DNA from: Eledone cirrhosa
Lineage: Eukaryota
Assembly (NCBI GenBank): GCA_964016885.1
Contig: OZ024751.1
Span: 51,274,001 to 51,338,000 of the forward strand
DNA length: 64,000 nucleotides
Reading direction: 5' to 3'
The notes below the pieces were generated by a model. The model saw only the letters and a list, made by a program, of their open reading frames with translations, did not search any database and was not told the origin of the DNA. Every line of letters begins with the position of its first letter. Within the stretch, counting starts at the first letter, position 1. Shown piece by piece: positions 55,201-64,000 of the stretch. Both the position numbers and the translations under genes were made by a program.

Positions 55201-55366
55201 TATCCCGGGTTCAATCGGGGGTAACCACAGTAAGTAAGGTACTCAATACATATCAGAGTATAAATATTTAATAAAGAAATGACTTCTGCAGGAGTAAAAC
55301 TGTAGATGATTTCCACTAAAAATGAAACAGTTCTAGCCCTTTAGAAGCCATTTCTATATTAAATCT
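55201..55366. mobile_element. Diverged copy of the 33601 fold-back family
   Basis: ccgggttcaatcgggggtaaccacagtaagtaaggtactcaatacat...gatgatttc...aatgaaacagttctag. Confidence 0.7.
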
Positions 55367-55480
55367 CTATATATATATAGATATATATATATATACTGTA
55401 TATATATATAGAGAGAGAGGTAGAACACTGGAAGGTAATATCCGTAGTGGTAGAGCACTCAGTCCATGGCACGAGTTAGG

Positions 55481-55762
55481 TAGAAGTGGTAACACAACAG
55501 TTAGTTCACCATACCGAGAACAATTATTTCATCATAGCGAATCCTCGCCTCGTAATGGACCATTACGAGCTGAGGATCCGCTAGGGTGAAACAATTGTTC
55601 TCGGTATGGTGAATTAACTGTTGTGTTACCACTTCTATATATATATATATGTATAGAAGTGGTAACTATATGTATAGAAGTGATAACTTCTATATATATA
55701 TATATATATAGAAGTGGTAACACAACAGTTAATTCACCATACCGAGAACAATTGTTTCACCC
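55481..55762. mobile_element. Fold-back insert with three arm copies and a hammerhead at the turn
   Basis: 55481-55558 is the inverse of 55560-55637 (diverged); third arm at 55709-55762. Confidence 0.7.
55566..55603 (+). ncRNA. Minimal type I hammerhead ribozyme
   Basis: Stem I CGAG/CUCG; CUGAGGA 55570-55576; short CC/GG stem II closed by U-U; GAA-ACAAUUGU-U with palindromic stem III. Confidence 0.7.
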
Positions 55763-56075
55763 TGTTTCTTCGGTCCGATTTGACGAAAATCGATCGGCTG
55801 TCGTTGTATATATACATACACAATCATAACACCTAAGAATCTTAACCCTTTCATGACCATATTTCTAATGAAATATACAAATATGCTCTGAGGAAACAGT
55901 GGTCACAGCATTGGATATTTGAGTTCTGCAAGTACTTGTGAATTTGCACATAGCATAACTAGGCTGCAGTACCACCATGGAAACACTTGTAAGCACACGG
56001 AATAAATTACCTTTTTATGATGTCTACCTGTTATTATTCATTCTTTATATATATGTATATATATATATATATGCA

Positions 56076-56106
<31 letters not shown>

Positions 56107-56683
56107 GTATATATATATATATGTATATATATATTTATATTTATATGTATATATATATATATGTACATATATATATAGAGAGAGAGATAGATAGCTAGAT
56201 AGATAGATGATAGACCATGATCAACAAGAAGGAAAGTCAAATATTTGTAGGTCTTTAACATATCTTCAGATTAACATATATTTTCCCCTTGTTATAGAAA
56301 CACACTAGCAACAAGTGAATGTAAAGATAAGATCCATTACACTTCTAATACCTTTCTAGCCTAAAACAGGAAAATCTTTCAGAAAAATCTTCATAAATCT
56401 GTAAAATTAACTGGCATTGATTATATGAAACAAACCCAGCCATTTTAAGATTTTTATTGAAATTAAAATCTTCAAACATATTTTTCAATGTTACTAATGA
56501 AATAATTTTAAAATTGTAATAAAATCTCTCAAAATTCTTCATTAATAAATTGAAATAGAGTATATTTGTATATTTCATTAGAAATATGGTCATGAAAGGG
56601 TTAAGATTCTTAGGTGTTATGATTGTGTATGTATATATACAACGACAGCCGATCGATTTTCGTCAAATCGGACCGAAGAAACA
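55763..56683. repeat. 127-bp inverted duplication (55763-55889 and 56557-56683) covering a MITE end and its flank
   Basis: Direct reverse-complement reading, about one mismatch. Confidence 0.8.
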
Positions 56684-57154
56684 ATGTTTTCAATGGTCTT
56701 TCCAATAGCTAATACTATCTATCAGTCACAACTGCAGGTAGAAGGAGCAATGTAAAATAAAATGTCTTGCTAAGGACATAACGCATCGCCTGGTCCAGGA
56801 ATCAAACTCACAACCTCACGATTGTGAATCCACTTCTCTAACCACTCAGCCACGCACCTTCATCATATACACACACACACACTAAGCACATATACTCTAA
56901 GCACAACATAATGCAGGAATATAGAAATTGATGAATTAACAAATACACAAACACTACATATACACATGTGTGTGTATACATATATAAACATATACATATA
57001 GCATGAAATAGTTGCCCTATAAACAATGACAATGAGATATACACATACGTAACAGACAAATACATGAAAATATACATGTGATTGGAAGCAAACAAGAAAA
57101 TGTGAAAAATCTCAATTTTCGATGTCTTGAACATTTGTTTGGGGGGAAAGAAAG

Positions 57155-57232
<78 letters not shown>

Positions 57233-58118
57233 GAACTGGGAATGAGAGAATAAGTAGAGAGACAATCAAAGTTAGTTAGAGAGTGGAAAGACAGACAGAG
57301 CTAGAAAAAGAGTGAGACAGAGAGAGAGTGAGTGAGTGAGTGAGTGAGTGAGTGAGTGAGTGAGTGAGTGAGTGAGTGAGTGAGTGAGTGAGTGAGAGTG
57401 AGAAATACTTAGAGACAGAGTTAAAAATAAAGAGGAAGAAAGAAGTAGAGGGAGTGGGAAATAGTGGGAGAGAAGAAAGATAAGAGGAGAGAGAACAAAG
57501 AGGAAAACATCAGTAACAAAATGAAATAGGTTAGATAATAAAAAAAATACAGAAGAAGAAGAATTAAAAGAAGAATTAAAAGAAGAATAAAGAAGAAAAA
57601 AGAAGAAAAAAGAAGAAAAAAGAAGAAAAGATGAAAAAAAGAAGAAAAGAAGAAAAAGAAGAAAAAGAAAAAGAAGAAGAAGAAGAAGAAGAAGAAGAAG
57701 AAGAAGAAGAAGAAGAAGAAGAAGAAGAGAGAAATAATTGTGTTGAGATGAATGGAGCTAGGTTTCAAGGAGTTGTTGCATGAGATAAACAAATAAGGTA
57801 TCACATGTTAATACCATATCTATTGAACTTGTGTAACTAGCATAGATTTATAAACACGCATCAGTTTCTGTATATGTACAATGCTGTATAAGTGTGTGTG
57901 TGTGTGTGTGCATGTGTGTGCATATATGTGTGTGTGAATCTACTTGTGTAAATGTATATGTTTATTAATGCATCAAAATTTAGTGATTTCCAGAGGTTGA
58001 CTGACGAGATGGGATTGTCGATCTTTCTGTTGTTTTTTCATTGTCTTTGATCTGTGTAACCCCTATTTTGAATGTATAGATATATATATACATATATATG
58101 AATGTATAATATATATAT

Positions 58119-58152
<34 letters not shown>

Positions 58153-58244
58153 GAATTAATATATATATATATACACACACACGCACACACATATATATAT
58201 ATATATATGAATATAATATATATAAATATATATATATGAATATA

Positions 58245-58276
<32 letters not shown>

Positions 58277-58404
58277 CACACATATATATATATACATATG
58301 AATATATAATATATATATATATACACACACACACATATATACATATATATATATATACATCTAAGTCTAAAGTCTATCTTAAGCCAGAAGGCTCATTTGA
58401 CCGA

Positions 58405-58645
58405 TGCTTATCCTGGTTTCATGGTGTGAAGCAACTGAGAGTACAAGACTTCCCCTTGGACAAGACACCAGTACATCACAGGGTTAAATCCCCAGCTATT
58501 GCTGGTACTCATTTTCAGCTGAGTATACTGGAGCAATGTGAAATGAAGAGTTTTGCTCAAGAACACAACACGCACCCCAAGAATCAAACCCACAACATTA
58601 TGATCATAAGTCTAACTCCCTTACCACTAGGCCACATGCCTCCAC
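58405..58645 (-). mobile_element. SINE with family B head and CORE-like domain but a different tail; related copies near 47315-47510, 56735-56860 and 62940-63262
   Basis: gtggaggcatgtggcctagtggtaagg...ttcttgagcaaaactcttcatttcacattgctccagtatactcagctgaaaatgagta. Confidence 0.65.
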
Positions 58646-59054
58646 ACGTATATACATATACTTATATATAGGTAATATATACATACTTATATGAATACAC
58701 ACATACATGCATACTTATATACAAGCACACATATAAATATGTGTGCATGTTTGATGTTTGTTGTGGAGAGATGCCATTCTAAGAAGGACCCATCCAAGCA
58801 TGGAAAAATGGACATGAAAACGATGATGATGCACAAACACACACAGCGTGAAGGAATAAGAATGTTGCTAGAATAACCAAAAACTCTTTTACCCGCCTTG
58901 GTTTTAACAGAGACTGGAATATTCTCAAATATTCACCAATAGTAATTCTTAAGTATTTTCTTTTAAATTTTGAGTAAATTTTAAAGAATAAACTTTAATT
59001 AAAGCAATGAATTAATTTTCTACTCTAGTATTTGCCCAAGTCTAAATTCTAATT

Positions 59055-59349
59055 TTAATCCTTTCTTTACTATATTTTTAATGAAAAACACTGCTGATGA
59101 TTTTCAAATTTCAAATAATTTTGAAAATAATAAAGAATTTGGACAGATTTGGAGAGATTTAGAAATATAACTAACTTTCATATCATTAAGTTGGTGGGGC
59201 AGAATTTAACAACTGTTTTTCTATTTTTTTTTTTTTTACATAAATTTATAACAGCATGTTTTTAGATAAATATAAACATTTTCATATAAACATCTTTATA
59301 TTTTAGAATCATGGTGTGGTTTCAGGCAGTTTGGTATCAAAAGGATTAA
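59055..59349 (+). mobile_element. TTAA-bounded MITE (piggyBac-like termini)
   Basis: ttaatcctttctttactatattt...tggtatcaaaaggattaa; similar throughout to 27620-27881. Confidence 0.55.
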
Positions 59350-60094
59350 GCCCTATCCAGAGTAGGAAATTTAAGTGGACTTAGCATTAGAGATTAAAAA
59401 GAAGAATGAAAATGGATGTTTCGAAGAAAATATTATATAAACAGAAATTCTGTATCAGTATAAAATAGATTAAAATATTGTAAAATACATAAAATTTTCT
59501 TATATGGTTCTTTTTTCTTATATAATATAATGTTTATATAAAAGACAAATATTGATCAGACACAAAATCTTTCATCTTGTTATTTTAATTATAAGACTGC
59601 TGTGAACTGTTAAAGTAACTTGAATTATTTGAATATTTAATTAAGGCATCAAACAAGAATTTCTGATCACATGTAATTTTTCCCTGTCCATAGGATGGAT
59701 ATTAAACTTGTGTGTACATGTGTACACACACACAAATACATACATGTATATATATACACACATATACATATACACACATATATATATATACACATATATA
59801 TATATATATACACATATATATATATATACACATATATATATACACATATATATATATACACATATATATACACATATATATATATATACACACATATATA
59901 TATACACATATATATATACACACATATATATATATACATATATATATATACATATATACAGATATATATACATATATACAGATATATATACATATATACA
60001 GATATATATACATATATATATATTAAACATATATATATATAATACAAGCAGGGAAAAGCAGACGTAAAGTGATGATGATGATGATGATGATATA

Positions 60095-60133
<39 letters not shown>

Positions 60134-60247
60134 ATATATAACTGACTGAATATACACGTGATTTTTTCTCCCCAATTGTTTTCCTCATTTTCCCCGTTCT
60201 TTCCTCTCAGCTCTCTTTATTTTCTATTTATCTTCTGTTTTTAACTA

Positions 60248-60283
60248 TCTTCTGATGAAGGACTAGTGTCGAAAACGTTAAGA
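60248..60283 (+). ncRNA. Minimal hammerhead motif in a (TA)n-flanked insert (about 60140-60370)
   Basis: Stem I UCUU/AAGA; CUGAUGA 60252-60258; GAC/GUC stem II after a 2-nt offset; GAA-AACGUU palindrome. Confidence 0.6.
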
Positions 60284-60403
60284 CTCTCTTCCTGCTATTT
60301 CAAGTGTTAAACTAATATATTTCTTCCATGTACTGTACCGTTAGTTTTATTATTTTTGTTATTATTTTTATATATATAAACATTATATATATATATATAT
60401 AAC

Positions 60404-60456
<53 letters not shown>

Positions 60457-61169
60457 CATAATTCCATACTTTAAAATAGTATAGAGTGGGAAAAAAATCT
60501 CATTATTCAAATAAGCTCAAAATATATGAAACGAAAAAATTAACAAGCAAACACTAAATTTCAAAGTAGCTATATTCATGTCTTAGTCAGAAGCTTGGAA
60601 TAACGAGGAAATAACAAAGAAATCTATAAATAAAAAAAAAAACCACATGCACTCTTCTTCTTACACACACAAATAAACATAATTTGGGAGATCAACTAAA
60701 AAAAAGTCTATAGATGAGGTGTTTACCAGTTATAAATGTAAAACCAGAATTATCAGCAAAAATCAATACAGGAGCACACATATGATAATATATTTATACA
60801 CACACTATTTAGTAAAAATCTGATGTCTTAATATGTAAAACAGAAGGAATATTTTACATAAAAGAGAAAAAATATACATATAAAGGGTATAACATAAACA
60901 CACTGAGGCAAAGTAATCTATCTTTCATTCAAGAATTCTGATTAAGATTATATATAGGATATTCAAATCAATATTTAGATCTACCTTTAGTAAGGTATAT
61001 TTAATAGGGCCTTATGTACCTATTTATATACACAAGCATATACATACATACACAGATCCATACATACCCCCCCCCCCCCACTCTCAAGAGCGTGAACCTA
61101 ATAAACCTTTATTTGTCTGCCTCTCTGTTTTGTTCCCGTCCAAATTTGCACTAAATATATATATATATA

Positions 61170-62000
61170 TATATTTATTAAAATAACAGATTAAAGTTTA
61201 AGCAAAGAATCGCTGCTTTCACCCTTAACGGGATCTTCTGAAACTAACAAAGTCAATCTGTAAACGCAGAACTGGATATTTCAAAAAACGTTGCAACCGG
61301 AGGAAGACAGGAAGACGATACTTTGGTTCGTGGAAAGAACGGGAAAAAACGAATAAGATACGTCATTAATAGGAGCGGTGAAAAACAATTACGCGCAAAG
61401 ACAGAATCACGTTTATGGTATAAAAGAAGTCGTAGACTAATGTTCTCTTAGGTGGTTCATAGAGACGTTCTCTGGCAATGAACGAAAAAAACGAAGATAA
61501 TACGTCGTATGTGGAGCGTGGAGAACAATTGCACGCAAAGACAAAACCACGTAAATGGTATAGCTGAAGTCGTAGACTAAAATTCTAACTAGGAAACCGA
61601 ATGAATCTCCGCTACAGAGTTAAGAACAAAGTAAATAAAATACAATACAGACATACCTACATGTAAATACACAAATGTTCGGAGACGTAAGTCAACCAAA
61701 ACATGAAGTACACATATACACACACCCAACATATGTACGAACCTGCATACTCACACAGACGCAAAACTCCCGTATACACATAACCAAACTATATGTACCA
61801 GAATATCTAAAAAATTATACGCCATAACATATACAATCAAATATACGTACGAGAAAGTATACGTACCTTCACAAAACATACAGGTAATATATACTTACCT
61901 ATGCAAATATTTGCTCTACGGTTCTTATATATTTGATATATTTTTATCCTTATCGAGCCCTCTTTGGATTTTAGTCTTCAAATTTATTATTATTACTATA
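61170..62000. mobile_element. Second copy of the 17071 family: long inverted segment joined directly to the tail
   Basis: 61172-61507 matches 17071-17412; internal duplication of about 140 bp; 61905-62000 matches the 17770-17862 tail. Confidence 0.75.
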
Positions 62001-62029
62001 TATATATATATATAAATATGTGTGTATGT

Positions 62030-62290
62030 GTAGGGTTCAATCGGGGGTAACTGTAGTAAGTAAGGTAACTATACTAAGTACTAAATACATAATAGAGTGT
62101 ATACAAGATTTAATATAGAAAGGCTTCTACAGGACTAGAACTATTTCATTTGAATGAAACAGTTCTAGTCCTGTAGAAGCCTTTCTATAATAAGTCCTGT
62201 AGAAGCCATTTCTATATTAAATCTTATATATATATAACAAAATTTAATATAGAAATTGCTTCTATGGGACTAGAACTGTTTCATTCGTAT
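62030..62290. mobile_element. Third copy of the 33601 fold-back family, multiply folded
   Basis: gggttcaatcgggggtaac...; arms meet at about 62151; third arm at 62242-62287. Confidence 0.7.
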
Positions 62291-63604
62291 GAAATCATAT
62301 ATATGTGTGGGTGTGGGTGTGTGTGTGCGTGCGTGTGTATATAAGAATCCTTTCATGAGAACAGACATTTGCCTCGAGATTCCTTTCAGGAATCAAACAG
62401 AATAAAGTAAAATGCAATAAGTTGGACTGGAACCAAATAAACCAGCAGCTATATACATGTTTCCACACCCAAATATTGTAACTCGAAGGGAAAAAACAAA
62501 ATAAATAGATAAAAGAAAACATTCTTATAGATTTTTAATATTAGGCTCAATTCTTCAGCTAAGATTTTCATTCTTTGCATCTTCCAAATAGAATCTTTGA
62601 AATGAAATTAAATGAAAAGAGGTATTTTTGGCAATTACTATTGGCACTGATATATTTCTATATGGTGCCATCACAAATGCTCTATTTTTGAGCCAGCTGT
62701 TGGCAAAATTTTACCAGTTTTCAACATTTATCTCTTAAGTCTTTTAAATTGGACAAATTAGTCTCATAAACTTTGACCTTATTCTCAATTTATATACATT
62801 AATGTATCGATTGTTTAAGACAAAACTTATGTAAATCTTTCTCCAATGTTAAATGAACAGCCACATCTTGGTTCAACTCTTACACGGAATATCATAATTA
62901 TTAATTGATTTCAACTGGGCACAATTCTTGGGATAGCTAAAATGGCACTCCATCAGTTAGGATGACAAGTGTTCCAGTTGATCCCATCAATGGAATAGCC
63001 TGCTCGTGAAATTAACGTGCAAGTGCTGAGTATTCCACAAACATGCGTACCCTTAATGTAATTCTCAGGGAGATTTGGCATGACATAGAATGTGACAAGG
63101 CTGGCCTTTTGAATTACAGGTACAACTCATTTTTGCCAGTTGAATGAACTGGAGTAACATGAAATAAAGTGTCTAGCTCAAAGACACAGCGTGCTGCCAG
63201 GAATCAAACTCACGACCTTATAATCATGGGCTGAATTCCCTAACCACAAAGCCACACTCCTTCACTCTTGGGATAGCTACCACTAAGAGAAAGAACTCAG
63301 TGTGTATGTAGTATACATAGATATACATACAAGCATATGCACACACATATAAGGGCGTCAATTTGGCTAAGTCATTAGAGTATTGGATATTTGTTCTAGG
63401 TCTGTGTGTTCTAAGTTTAAATACTGCTAAGATCCACTTTATCTTTTGTACTTTCAGGGTTGGTAAAAGATGTACCCATCCCAGTGTAAGTGCAGCTCTC
63501 TCTCTCTCCACATAAACAACTCCTTGTCCAACCCTGTAAAGTGGTAGTGCTGAGGCCACAACACAAATCACCTAGTCCACCCAGTAAGTTAGTCATACTG
63601 GTTT

Positions 63605-63605
63605 C

Positions 63606-63648
<43 letters not shown>

Positions 63649-63950
63649 CGACATTGATGATGAGGGTGATGATGATGATGATTATGATGACATTGATGAT
63701 GAGGATGATGATGATGATGATGACGATGATGATGATGACGATGATTCTGATGATGATGATTATGATGATGATGATGATTCTGATGATGATGACGGCGATG
63801 ATGAGGATGTTGATTCTGATGATGACGATGATGATGATAATGATGATGACGACAATGATGACAATGATGATGATGATGATGATGATGATGAGGTGGAGGA
63901 GTGATGATGACAATGATGACAATGATGATGATGATGACAATGATGATGAG
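63605..63950. repeat. Degenerate (GAT)n microsatellite
   Basis: Direct reading. Confidence 0.95.
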
Positions 63951-64000
63951 GTGGAGGAGGAGGATACATCAGACTGTAGCCAGTGAATATCTTCTTTCCC

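Noticed and set aside
57995-58030. CTGACGA next to (TA)n
   Set aside because: No downstream GAAA or closing stems
59094-59130. CTGATGA...GAAA inside the MITE
   Set aside because: The GAAA is consumed in the hairpin and there is no stem I; other isolated CTGATGA hits (7906, 20888, 22179) also lack partners
63593-63986. Poly-Met, poly-Ile and poly-Ser ORFs, and similar ones at 21.0, 22.7, 38.2 and 42.4 kb
   Set aside because: Trinucleotide or GA-rich low-complexity read-through with no domain or splice evidence

Overview
Very AT-rich, repeat-dominated eukaryotic DNA with no recognisable host exon. The repeat content (RTE/BovB-type LINEs, tRNA-headed SINEs, long (TA)n tracts) suggests a cephalopod such as Octopus; this is inferred, not shown. 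Almost every ORF in the track is microsatellite read-through, and the only real coding remnants are broken LINE fragments. The window also holds a 5.7-kb array of 31-bp units with an internal 1358-bp duplication, about 25 SINE copies and a TTAA-bounded MITE family. The main unexplained signal is a set of at least 10 non-coding inserts from several unrelated families, each sitting inside (TA)n tracts. Many are fold-back (inverted) or terminal direct-repeat structures, and eight carry a type I hammerhead ribozyme motif (CUGANGA...GAAA...UH), mostly with a pairing stem I and a short or palindromic stem III. Their inversion breakpoints repeatedly fall on the ribozyme itself, and several share an unusual U-U pair closing stem II. 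I read these as (TA)n-targeted Penelope-like pseudo-LTR remnants or retrozyme-like elements. All pairings were read by eye; no folding or database search was run.
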